This document shows positions 23,749 to 34,504 of a stretch of 64,000 nt of DNA, one piece after another. The first letter of the stretch is position 1. Each line of letters opens with the position of its first letter. Both the position numbers and the translations under genes were made by a program. Location: assembly GCA_001599295.1 (NCBI GenBank), contig BCGN01000005.1, forward strand, positions 434,001 to 498,000, given 5' to 3'. Source of the stretch: Sporopachydermia quercuum. Its lineage: Eukaryota. The notes under the pieces were generated by a model. It ran no database searches, was not told the DNA's origin, and saw nothing but the letters and a program-made list of their open reading frames with translations.

Positions 23749-24226
23749 GGTCTAAATATAAAGAAATTGCATACTGTTTTTGTNAATTAATGCAAAATGT
23801 ACACTACTCGCCCGTCGAGTAGCTATCGCTGTCCTATTATTAGTCCACACTTTTACCCCATCAAACTCTGTCCCAACTCTCTGGTCCGGATCATGACATA
23901 TGTATGACTGGACTGTCTGAACCAAGATATAATTACGTAATCAACTATAACTAAGCTTATCATCTTCAGAACTACCTCTGAAATGCTTTACGCAAAAACC
24001 ATCATTTTCGAGGGGTATTCATAAGACCAAGTGGCTTACACCACTACAACAATTTTTTTTCTCTTTCTTTACCAGATGATTTGTACTTACTTTCACGGTT
24101 TAATGCTTACTGGCTTCTATGATAAATTATCTTTATTACTGAAAATTCATGCTATTTGTCTCTATTTCACTCACGTTAAAATCTGTAGACATTCAGCCTC
24201 CAAACGAAGAACGCCTTGTATGAGAA

Positions 24227-24641
24227 ATGGCTGTTGTTGGAAGAGTGAACGGCAAGTCCTTCAAGCCTATGAAAACGGCATTTAGAACTAGTAATATTGG
24301 CGTTAATAGGAAACTGTCAACTTTTGAGATAAGGAAACAGAAAGATGAAGAGGANAAAGCTTTTAGAGAGAAACTAAAGGAGTTAAAAGATGAAAAAGTA
24401 ACAGCAAGGAAGGAACGATTGGAAGCTATCAAAGCCAGAAAAGAAGCTAAGGAAGAGAAAGAAAGATTAGAACTATTAGCAGCTAAAATGCATGCAAAGG
24501 TATGTTATATCATATATTATCATTCCTATATATTGGTTTATCTGCTAAATTTAAAATCATGCCAATTACTAACAAATTCAATAGAAAGTCGAAAGGATGA
24601 GAAAGAAGGAAAAGAGAAACAAATTGCTCAAGGAACGTTAA
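24227..24641 (+). CDS. CGR1: rRNA-processing protein Cgr1; join(24227..24499,24585..24641)
   Basis: K/E/R-rich coiled coil. Splicing restores the family C-terminus LAAKMHAK|KVERMRKKEKRNKLLKER*. Confidence 0.92.
24500..24584 (+). other. Spliceosomal intron in CGR1 (85 nt, phase 0)
   Basis: GTATGT at 24500, TACTAAC at 24567-24573, TAG ending 24584. Confidence 0.92.
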
Positions 24642-25074
24642 GCTATTTGTAGGGGAATCAATATCGACGGTTGATTATTCTGTATGTGTGTATTATTAGT
24701 TTTCTCTTTCTACAATTGGTCCTAGATTTATACTTCTGGAACAAATCATAAAGTACTATGATAACGTACTTAATGACTATCAATCAATTTCAACACATGA
24801 CTTACCTACTGCGAGAGAGCGAGTTTCGATCGTCGTTTTCGTTTAATTCATAGCAAAATCCAGTATCCTGAGAATCATACACTTTAATCCAGTTGATCTA
24901 ATACATTATTATTGGTCGTTTTTATTAGGCAAAAACAACAACCGGAGATTACATTGCATATATCATCTGTTATAGTTTAAACATGGAACCGGCATTTTTA
25001 TATAATCTAATGCATTTATTCACAAGTAGAACATGAATCGGTTATCACCATCATTACATACATCAGCAGTCCTA

Positions 25075-27420
25075 TTAATAGAGATCAACTAAATTGTACT
25101 CAAGTACACTATTCTTTCTATCTGTTATCCTTATCCTGTCGTCTCCAACGAAATGAAAGTATTTGTCACCAATCAAAATTCCACGACTGAGCTTTTGCTG
25201 TAAATTATGGTATTCGGGAGAAGTAACCGGCAAAACAGCGTAGGGATATGGTAAACGGTTCTCTGGGAAACCTATTGTCAAGGGCGAATTAATCAGCCAT
25301 TCATTGTAAACACAGTTTAGGATATCCTGCTTAACATTAAACACGTGGATTTCGTCCGTAGATGCCCAGATTGCAACTCTGCTGCCTGAATAGCTTATTG
25401 CTACTAGGTTTGCTAACTCTGCCGACGCAAGGTTCCGGTAAATTGATAGATACATGTTGGAAACAAATCTAGATTGACCTCCAGTAGCATCGACCTTACC
25501 AGGATCACTTCCATTCAGAAGTCTCAAGAGAAAACTCGTACATAGCTCCGTGCATATAAACTCTCTGATGTCTTCCGATACAGTATAAGGATATGATTTG
25601 ATGAGTATTCTTAAGGTCAGAAGTAATTCATCTGAGAGTCTATCTTCTGGATGCACTCTTCTTTCGTCCATTTTATCATCAACGCTTTCATCACTCGAAT
25701 GAAGTATTGAAACCTCATGGCCACGAAACACAAGAAACGAGTTTTCTCCGCATAATGATAATCCTGAGGGGTCTGCTATATATGTATTCTGGGAATTGTA
25801 TATGAGATCGAAATAGTACTTCCAGACATCAAAAACTGTGCCGTCAGCAGCGCTAGGATCATCGTTCAAACCTGCATTGACATTTAGTTTAGACTCTCGG
25901 TAAAGGCTGACATTCGAGTTTGAACGCAAGTCTGACGTTGAGCCTGACATTGAGTTTGACGTTGCATTTGACACCGGCTCTTCTCTTCTCAGTTTCTTGT
26001 CTCTATGTTGATCTAGTAATATATCAGGTTCGTCTTCACTATCATCAGTTCCGCAGAAAACATCAGATTGATGTAATTGATGTAATGCTAACGAAACAGT
26101 GTCTGGAGAGACATAATGCGTACCATAAATAAGAGTTTCGTTCATTCCTGACAGTTGTAACACTCGAGTATCACTGCTTACACACATATCTAAATCCAAC
26201 TGGTAATGTGGCAGTTCAACTTCCTCGTGAGTTTCTGTATTTACTATTGCTAAGCCGCCTAGTCTTTTAGAATGGATAAAGAGAACTTTAGCATTATAAG
26301 ACAATGCCAAATAGCTACATTTTGATGGATAGGGCTTAGAAAACTTCACCAGTATATCACAGTTGATACCCTGGTTTAGTAGTTGTATAATTTGTATATG
26401 GCCATGTATACCTGCCAATACGATATGTTTCAGATCATTAGACATTGATACAACTTCAAATTTCCCAGGAACTGTGAACGTAGTCTCAAGAACAGCATTN
26501 CCGTTGAAATCAATGTCTATCCAGTTGATAATTCCAATTTCTGTAATGGGTTTTTCTGATGTTTCTATTAGCTTGCCTTTAATCAGTCTTCTATTGTCTA
26601 ATGATGTTCCTGTTAATGTTCCACCGTAGAACTCATTGAGCAGCTTATGATGTAGCTGCTTGCGCGCTGTTATACTGCTGTTGCTTCCATGACTGTTTGA
26701 AGAGACTTCTATTGCATTTCGAGGCATCTTGTCGTATGTACAGATCCCTGATTGGTCGCTCGCTTGCAGTAGCTCATTTTCAGATGAGCCATTGATCGCA
26801 TTAGACGTTTCACCAGTTTCTTCAGTCGCATTATTCTGAAAATCGGCTGTGTTGTCCGTTTTACTTCCAAGATGAATTCTTCGTACTTCTTTCTTATGAA
26901 AACAAAAGTTGGCTTTCAACAGGTATATAAACCGTTTGATCATAAAGCTTTTGATGTTAGGAACACTAGAAGGAATCAACTGGTAGTCCTTTTTCGAAAC
27001 CAAGGGATATTTTGAATAATATACTATAAACAGGTATAGTATCCATTCTTCTGACCATAAATCAGGATTGAGTAAAAGATGGTATAAATTGAATTGGAAG
27101 TGTTTAAGTAGTGGTGTTATGTATTCAATGAAATCATGATCATCGTAAATATCTGATTTGTTTGACTTCAATGTCGATATGACTTCTTTCAAATGTCCTG
27201 TGACGTATTCCAAGCCTTGTTCTAGTTGATGTTTCAAAATCATTTTACATATGACTTCCGGTTGGTAGATGATGTTTCTGATGGATGAGCATGTTCGGGT
27301 GAAAAAGAAATAACCAGCGGGGTCTAAATATTCGGTGATTTCCATTATTATTTCATCAGGGAGGCTGAGAAGATGCGATTTTTGATTTTTGGCTGAAATG
27401 GCCCTTTTAGAGAAGCCCAT
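25075..27420 (-). CDS. F-box protein with an unrecognised C-terminal region (possibly beta-propeller-like)
   Basis: 781-aa ORF with N-terminal F-box LLSLPDEIIMEITEYLDPAGYFFFTRTCSSIRNI. Later segments such as LALSYNAKVLFIH and VAISYSGSRVAIW resemble propeller blades. Confidence 0.78.
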   Translation of the reverse strand: MGFSKRAISAKNQKSHLLSLPDEIIMEITEYLDPAGYFFFTRTCSSIRNIIYQPEVICKMILKHQLEQGLEYVTGHLKEVISTLKSNKSDIYDDHDFIEYITPLLKHFQFNLYHLLLNPDLWSEEWILYLFIVYYSKYPLVSKKDYQLIPSSVPNIKSFMIKRFIYLLKANFCFHKKEVRRIHLGSKTDNTADFQNNATEETGETSNAINGSSENELLQASDQSGICTYDKMPRNAIEVSSNSHGSNSSITARKQLHHKLLNEFYGGTLTGTSLDNRRLIKGKLIETSEKPITEIGIINWIDIDFNXNAVLETTFTVPGKFEVVSMSNDLKHIVLAGIHGHIQIIQLLNQGINCDILVKFSKPYPSKCSYLALSYNAKVLFIHSKRLGGLAIVNTETHEEVELPHYQLDLDMCVSSDTRVLQLSGMNETLIYGTHYVSPDTVSLALHQLHQSDVFCGTDDSEDEPDILLDQHRDKKLRREEPVSNATSNSMSGSTSDLRSNSNVSLYRESKLNVNAGLNDDPSAADGTVFDVWKYYFDLIYNSQNTYIADPSGLSLCGENSFLVFRGHEVSILHSSDESVDDKMDERRVHPEDRLSDELLLTLRILIKSYPYTVSEDIREFICTELCTSFLLRLLNGSDPGKVDATGGQSRFVSNMYLSIYRNLASAELANLVAISYSGSRVAIWASTDEIHVFNVKQDILNCVYNEWLINSPLTIGFPENRLPYPYAVLPVTSPEYHNLQQKLSRGILIGDKYFHFVGDDRIRITDRKNSVLEYNLVDLY

Positions 27421-29369
27421 TCTGATGATTGTATTATATTAAGGTCTTTAGGTTCTTACTTATGCGACTTGGTGTTAGGGACCGTTACCAGATGAATGGT
27501 ATGCAAATGCTAGTAGTAGAGGAAAGAATGAAGCTCAAATATTGCATTTGTTGTCTTTTTGATTGTTGGTATATAAGTAAACAAAACCACGGTTTCTTTT
27601 TCTTTCTATTAGTTTAGAATACGATGTTATTGTAAGGAATTCCTAGANTTTAACATAATCCTTACACCAAATGTTCCCATGGATCTTGTACCTACACTTT
27701 TCGGCGACACTTAGCCTAAGAACATTTCCCAATAGTACTTACGCGACAAACGAACCAAGAATATAATTAAAAATTCCTAAAGTTTCCTTATCGTTTCCTC
27801 TGTGGAGTCAGGGTTATATTTTGTTGATATCAACAGCTGTTTATTGGTGAATCCTCAGTATCATAATTTCTTAATCATATGCTTAGAATATCTTCAAAGT
27901 TGATAGGTGGAAGAGAAACCGGATATGATGAAAGCAACCTTGATGAGGATCAATTGCAAATTTACTACGAAAAGGGAAGAAGACGGTGTAAGGTTGATTA
28001 CCAGAAGATTCTGTTTAGGAGAAATATAGAGGTATAATCGAATTATATTGGATTATATATAATATATTTATTGATAAATAATGAATAGTAAAAAGTAGAC
28101 AATATGTACAAGAACGGCGGTATTGAATTGATGCATTCCGGAGAAGACGAAAAGAAAATATTTCGGAAATAATTTGGTTTCATGAATGGTTGGTGATAAT
28201 AGGATGAAATAATCTGGCTAGGATAGAGGATTTTGATCATAATAGTGCTTTGATAAAGATAATGTAGCGACTACTCTAGTATAGAATGCATTTGGTGTTA
28301 TCTTACGCAGTTGGTCAATCAGCAAGTGATGTGATTGCATGGGATGAATATAGTGACCAAACACAGGAAATGACAAAGAGGAATTGACTCATTTGCTTAG
28401 TGATTGTTGATTAAATGCTAGTTTAATTCATGCTTGGTTATGATACATTGGAAAGAATATTGAAAAGATTGTGCTGTCAGCATAATTAGCTCTCTCAGGT
28501 CATCAGAGCTATTTCAATGATCCAAAAATTAAGAAGTAGTTGTACAGAAAAACAGATGGCTCCTCCTCTCAATCGTCTGAAGGGAGCCGATAAGGTTCTG
28601 GAATCATGCATGGAAACGCACTAAGCATAGGGGAAACTAATCCGGCTGTATAGTTCAATACTGATGCCCAACGAATTCTTTGTCTGTATTTTCATAATTT
28701 CCCAATTTCTTTAAATTAAAATTTCGGCCAAGCAACTTCACTCCTGGTTTCAACTCCTATATTGAGCATACATAAGTTGTGATTCTTTCCTTACGATAAC
28801 TAACAAAGTTTCTGTTCCATGCATGAATTTCGCACAATTCCCAACTCTAAATGAAAACTAAACCATGAAAAGTAATCTCCTTTGCTTAGACCCTAAACGG
28901 ACAACAATCTTTTAAAGTAACTCCAATCTCTGAAATAAAATAAATATTATTACCTATATATCCATCTGAACTACCATTCGCTACTACGTTTTCTCCTTCC
29001 TATCATCAGTATTTCGTCAATGTTGTCCTATAACAGTCTCCAGAACCCTCTTTCCCCCACATGCTCGTAAAAGTTTCCCTTTCGCAAACTGTACACAAAC
29101 AAAGTTTACCACTAAACAAATCTACTACAGGAATAAGCACATCTTATTTCTCTTACTGAGCACTGGATTTCCTTTCAGCATTGCAGACAATACTACAAAT
29201 GATCAAAGATATATCATCAACATAAATAAAATTTATTTATGCACTGTACATAGATGGATGATTAACACATTGTTTATGTATTATCGTGTTACCTGTTTGT
29301 CGTACTGAAAGATTAGAGGCAGGAGCAATTGGCAGATAGTAGAACATATTCATAGATACCACGCTCATA

Positions 29370-30416
29370 ATGACTATTTGGTACCAGTACGAAGACCAAA
29401 AGGTCGATCTGGAACTTGTGTCTGATACTCTGAAAAATATAGCCGGTGAGGTTGGGAAACTGATCAAGGATAATACAGGAAAAGTTGCCTTTGACGATAA
29501 GAAAAACGGTATGTTAGTTTCCAGAAAATGAGCTTGATTGATGACTGATTGCCCTGGCATCATCCGAATTATGGCATATATTGTAATAACCAACTAACGA
29601 CAATCTATAACAGCTGTTGATTTGGTGACTCAAGTCGATAAACAGGTAGAAAAAACGATCTACGATTTACTAGAGAAGGCCAAACTGCCTTTCCACTACG
29701 AATTCCTAGGCGAAGAATCCTTTTCAGACTCAGGAGAACTCGCCACAGCTTTGACTGATGCTCCTACTTTTATCATTGATCCTATTGATGGTACTACCAA
29801 TTTTATCCACGGGTTTCCATACTCTGTTACATCTCTAGGATTCGCCATCAATAAGAGACCAGTTGTCGGGGTTGTGTATAACCCTCATTTGGATTTATTA
29901 TACTGGGGCATTCATGGTAATGGCTCATATCTGAATGGCACACGTTTAGGTGGAGATAGTAGACTCCAAAAACCCTTGACATTGCAATCTTCTTTACTGG
30001 CAATTGAATGGGGTGCTGAGAGAGAAGGAAATAATTATACTGTGAAAACAAAGACTTATGCCAATCTTGCAGCAGCTGATGGAGGAATGGTACACGGATG
30101 TCGTAGCATGGGTACAGCAGCAATGAACTTATGTTTTGTTGCTTCAGGGACTTTTGATGCCTACTGGGAAGGCGGATATTGGCCTTGGGATGTGTGTGCT
30201 GGATGGGTTATTTTGGAAGAAGCAGGAGGAAAAGTTGTAGGTGCCAATAAAGGTGAATGGAATCCTACCGTTGAAGATAGGGCTCATTTATCAGTAAGAG
30301 CTGCAAAGGACAATGAAAGCTCGAAGCATCCGGGTTTTACTGGTCAACAAGTTCAGTTTATCGAAGATTTCTGGAATCAAGTAGTTGGTACATTATGTTA
30401 CTCCACAAGAGTGTAG
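29370..30416 (+). CDS. Inositol monophosphatase (Inm1/Inm2 family); join(29370..29508,29614..30416)
   Basis: Spliced product reads ...DDKKN|AVDLVTQVDKQVE; FLGEES, FIIDPIDGTTNFIHGFP, RSMGTAAMNLC, WDVCAGWVILEEAGG. Paralog identity not resolved. Confidence 0.93.
29509..29613 (+). other. Spliceosomal intron in the inositol monophosphatase gene (105 nt, phase 1)
   Basis: GTATGT at 29509, AACTAAC at 29592-29598, CAG ending 29613; the frame is restored. Confidence 0.9.
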
Positions 30417-30434
30417 CATATTGATTATATGTTG

Positions 30435-30464
30435 CACGAGATATCACGAGATATCACGAGATAT
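30435..30464. repeat. Tandem repeat (CACGAGATAT)x3
   Basis: Read directly, just after the inositol monophosphatase stop codon. Confidence 0.9.
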
Positions 30465-30708
30465 ACACTTACTGATCAACTTACAAAGGAGACTGATATG
30501 ATAGCTATGAAATCTCTATATTGGTTGATATATACACGGAAATAAATATAATCAAAACTGATGAGTGACTGTCAGATAACTGTAGATAGGCCATGTTGAA
30601 TTATGAATCACCAGCCACACTAAAAAGAACAAAAGGTGCCTAGTAGTACTGAAATGTTGCTCATGCTTCTTCTATCAGTTTATATGAAAAAGCAACTGAA
30701 ACCAGTGT

Positions 30709-32436
30709 TCATTTCACCTCCAAAGCCCCTGAAGTATTAGACACTGTTTTGAAAGCTACTTCAACAGGAAGTTTAAATGTAGCACAGTACATTGGTTTCA
30801 GAGGAGCAACGGATCTTACGTAATGGAATTTCAACTGGTTATCTATTCGTTGAACATCGAAATCTAGTTCTTTGTTGATTCTTTTTCTAATCATTTCTTG
30901 GATTTCCCATTCTGAAGGTTCTGACTCGGCTGCTGAGTATTTCTGAAAGCAATGGACATGCACAAGGGGCATTTGACGTTTGAATCTTTGAATTAAATCG
31001 TTCTTCGTAGCAGTAGGGTTCTCTTGTATAAAGCGTAGGAAGTCAGGATGGAAGGAGAAAATACCAATGAAATGGTGTAAGAAATCTATAGCTGAATCAG
31101 GTAGATTCATAACGTAATGAGCAGGAAACCTGGGAATAGAGTAAGTTTTAGTGTACACTATTGGTTCCTTCAACCTTTTGCCATTCTCATCTGTCCATTT
31201 GTAGCTTTTAACTGAAATTGGCTTCTTTGCCTTTAGGAGATTCATAATCAATTCTGTTGTGCTTTGAATAACAAATCCACCATCAAGATTGTAGGGGATC
31301 ACGAAATCTGACACTTTATTACGACTGATGTTCTTTACCAAGCTTGTATATGAATCAGGATTCAAGTCATTGGCTATCACGAAACATTTCTTCCTTCCTG
31401 CTGGAACAGAAAAAGGACCTACTCCTGCCATAGCATCAACGATCAATTCACCTTCTTTGAACATATTGATGATCCTGCCATGCTCAGTGCTAAGTCTGGT
31501 ATTCCAGTAAACTTTAGAGAAATCAAANTCAAAAATACATCCAGATTCACTTTGTTCTACATAGAAATCATTCTTTCCTACTAATACTTCCATGTCAAAT
31601 GTACGATATGTCGTGTTGATACTTTTCAGTTTATTCACCACAGTTTTCACGTTATTGTTTTTGTCAAGAATAACCTCACCAATAGTTTTTTTGAACGGTA
31701 AATACTCGTCACGTAGGTTCAGATGAGCAATATGTCCTACAACCGTAAAACCTGTTGGAACATCTTCCAGCAAATCTTCAGGAAGAATAGATAGCAGTAT
31801 TTCTTCGGCTGTCCAATAATCATAATCCAGTGTTTGAGAATAGCTGAATAGGACACCCTTGTTCTCGTCAATAAAAGCCTTTGCCTTAGGAGATAAGTGC
31901 TCATCAACATCTGCAATACTTGTGACATCTCTCCTTAATAAAATGGCNTTTTGAGGTGTTGAGAATTTACCTGAATGGCCATCAGTCAGTTTCTCAAGCT
32001 CTTCAGGAGCTAAAGTAATGATTTTGTTGACTTTCGGTAATCTGAACACATCATCTTTGAAATCTCGACAAAATTCCCCAATTCGCACCGGTTCGGCAAA
32101 GAAAACAGCAACCAGTGGACATTCAATTGAAAACTTGCTCCTATCCAGCTCTTTCATCCCACGATTCACAGGCGGTGAGTAAGGAGATCTTTGTATTCTC
32201 ACTTTGTCTTTCTTCACTGGTAGTTCAGTTGGAGTTCTTGGAGTTTGGTCCTTGCTTGTTTCGCTCATGGTGCTGTTAACTTTAACGTTGTCGTATAGTA
32301 TTGATTGATTATATATACTTCGTGAAAGTGTTTGATGTTTATTAGGCTTGTTCACAATAGTCAAGTGAATTGTAGTCAAGCCTCTCAAAGATCTTGATCG
32401 CACTGAAGATAAGCAATGTGGTCGAAATAATTGCAT
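30709..32436 (-). CDS. TRM5: tRNA (guanine37-N1)-methyltransferase
   Basis: PPVNRGMKELDRS.F, PTGFTVVGHIAHLNLR, FDFSKVYWNTRLSTEH, DAMAGVGPFSVPAG, ANDLNPDSY, HYVMNLP, VRSVAP.KPMYC. Confidence 0.95.
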   Translation of the reverse strand: MQLFRPHCLSSVRSRSLRGLTTIHLTIVNKPNKHQTLSRSIYNQSILYDNVKVNSTMSETSKDQTPRTPTELPVKKDKVRIQRSPYSPPVNRGMKELDRSKFSIECPLVAVFFAEPVRIGEFCRDFKDDVFRLPKVNKIITLAPEELEKLTDGHSGKFSTPQXAILLRRDVTSIADVDEHLSPKAKAFIDENKGVLFSYSQTLDYDYWTAEEILLSILPEDLLEDVPTGFTVVGHIAHLNLRDEYLPFKKTIGEVILDKNNNVKTVVNKLKSINTTYRTFDMEVLVGKNDFYVEQSESGCIFXFDFSKVYWNTRLSTEHGRIINMFKEGELIVDAMAGVGPFSVPAGRKKCFVIANDLNPDSYTSLVKNISRNKVSDFVIPYNLDGGFVIQSTTELIMNLLKAKKPISVKSYKWTDENGKRLKEPIVYTKTYSIPRFPAHYVMNLPDSAIDFLHHFIGIFSFHPDFLRFIQENPTATKNDLIQRFKRQMPLVHVHCFQKYSAAESEPSEWEIQEMIRKRINKELDFDVQRIDNQLKFHYVRSVAPLKPMYCATFKLPVEVAFKTVSNTSGALEVK

Positions 32437-33254
32437 TAGACGTAAAAGGACATCGATCGAAAGTAATGCAGTTGCAGGAATAAGAATCTAAAAAACCAGG
32501 TCGAGCTTAAGCAACCGGCTTCTTTATCATTATCTCTAGTATTTATTTTTGGTCCAACAGTAAAGTAGCCATTAACTGTTNACTTATCTTTAAAGGGTGC
32601 CTGGTGAACTNTATGGAATGCTGTCTCGGTAATTTATGACTGACCACCAAATTTTCAATAATTACAAATATTTGAGTTTAATTGTAGTAGTATAAATCTA
32701 CCTGATTTATAGTCAGTATATTATAAAAATATGAGAAATAAATAAGTGAAAATTAAAGATGAACGAAAGTGTTTATAGTAGAAAGATTGAAAGAATCTAT
32801 CTTAACTGAATTTCCTTCACTCAACTTTAAAACTCAACTTTTTGTGTGGTGAAAGAAAATTTTCTATGTAACAAACTTTATAGTTAATAAAGGTATTCCT
32901 GAACCAAATTTCAAACTACAAACGCAAACTTGAGAATATGTCAAACCGTTCTTGATTTGGTTGTGACAAACACGATATCTAAACAATATTCACAAAGGGT
33001 TTGGCACTTATAGGTTTATACAGATAAGTAGTGCTGGCAAAAGAGGGATTCAACTGGAAGGAAAACAGAATGCCCAACTTACTCCAATAGTATTCATGTT
33101 TATTTGGAAGATAACTGTGAAAGGATTCATCAATCGAAATAAAACAGAAAAGGACTGGGATATAGCATAAGGGAAATTAGAGCATAGCAACGTAAAAATA
33201 CATTCTTGGTAGTGCGCATTCATACGGCCTCAACAACACAGAGAATCACACAAC

Positions 33255-34250
33255 ATGGATATAATAACAGTAACGAAAAGCAAAACTTTGTTTGGATCAA
33301 CTGACGAAGAAGATGAATCACCGAAGGGAAATGNATTAGGATCAAGTTTGGTTACACCAGGAGAAATGGTGACCAATGATTCCTCCTGGATGAGAGGTCA
33401 TGGTACATACTTCCATGATGAGATCACTTATTCATCAGTGGTCGGAATGATATCTCGTGTAAATAGACTATTATCTGTAAATCCTTTGAGAGGAAGATTT
33501 CTACCAGATCTTGGTGATCATGTCATCGGACGGATAGTGGAAGTTGGTCAAGGGCGATGGAAAGTAGATATAGGTGCAAGACAGCATGCTTCCTTAATGT
33601 TGGGATCAATCAATCTACCAGGTGGTATATTGAGAAGGAAAAGTGATTCAGATGAACTGCAAATGCGTAGTTTCTTAAGAGAAGGAGATTTGCTTAATGC
33701 TGAAGTGCAGAATGTATACAGTGATGGTGGAGCTGCTCTACATACTAGATCATTAAAGTACGGAAAGCTGAGAAATGGAGTTTTTGTTTCTGTGCCCAAT
33801 TCCTTGATCATCAAATCCAAAACACACTCACATTTGCTTCCTGGTAATGTCACGGTGATATTCGGAGTAAATGGGTATATTTGGGTCAGTAAAACAACGG
33901 ATTCAGCAAATAAGAAGGCTGAGTTGACAGGAGGTAGCAATGATGTTAAAGGTAGTTCATTTTTTGGCTCCTCAGCCAATGTTTCGATCTCAAGACTAGA
34001 GCAAGAAAGTTCTTGGGACATTTATTCCGACGAGAATGAGTATATTTCTCCTGATGTGCGATCAAATATTGCTAGATATGTCTGTTGTATAAATGCATTG
34101 GCTAAATGTGAAGTTGGCATTGATGAAGCGCGGTTAGTTGCAGCATATGAAGCCAGTCTTTCTTATGAAAATGCTAGTAGCTTAACAGAGAGAGAAGTTT
34201 ATGAGAGTATTTGTGAGAATATCTTGGCTGCTGAGCAAATGAATGAATAG
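33255..34250 (+). CDS. RRP4: Exosome cap subunit Rrp4 (S1 + KH)
   Basis: VTPGE...WMRGHGTY, GDHVIGRI.EV...RWKVDI, LPGGILRRKS.SDELQMR, LHTRSLKYGKLRNG, GVNGYIW. Confidence 0.96.
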   Translation: MDIITVTKSKTLFGSTDEEDESPKGNXLGSSLVTPGEMVTNDSSWMRGHGTYFHDEITYSSVVGMISRVNRLLSVNPLRGRFLPDLGDHVIGRIVEVGQGRWKVDIGARQHASLMLGSINLPGGILRRKSDSDELQMRSFLREGDLLNAEVQNVYSDGGAALHTRSLKYGKLRNGVFVSVPNSLIIKSKTHSHLLPGNVTVIFGVNGYIWVSKTTDSANKKAELTGGSNDVKGSSFFGSSANVSISRLEQESSWDIYSDENEYISPDVRSNIARYVCCINALAKCEVGIDEARLVAAYEASLSYENASSLTEREVYESICENILAAEQMNE

Positions 34251-34504
34251 GAGGATTCTGTTTTCCTTTATTAACAATTGATCACCTTATTCTCTTGTAC
34301 ATTACATAGTCACATAGTCACATACGATGCATAACTCTCCTCATCAATATTATACAAAGTACATACAATAAATAGTACAGTACAAAAATCTCCCTAAACT
34401 GACTAATGAATCATAAATAATCAAAGCATGTTATCTACAAACTATAAACAATATATACAGGTTTTGCAAAATTATTGCTCAACTAAGAAATAATCTAACA
34501 GGAT

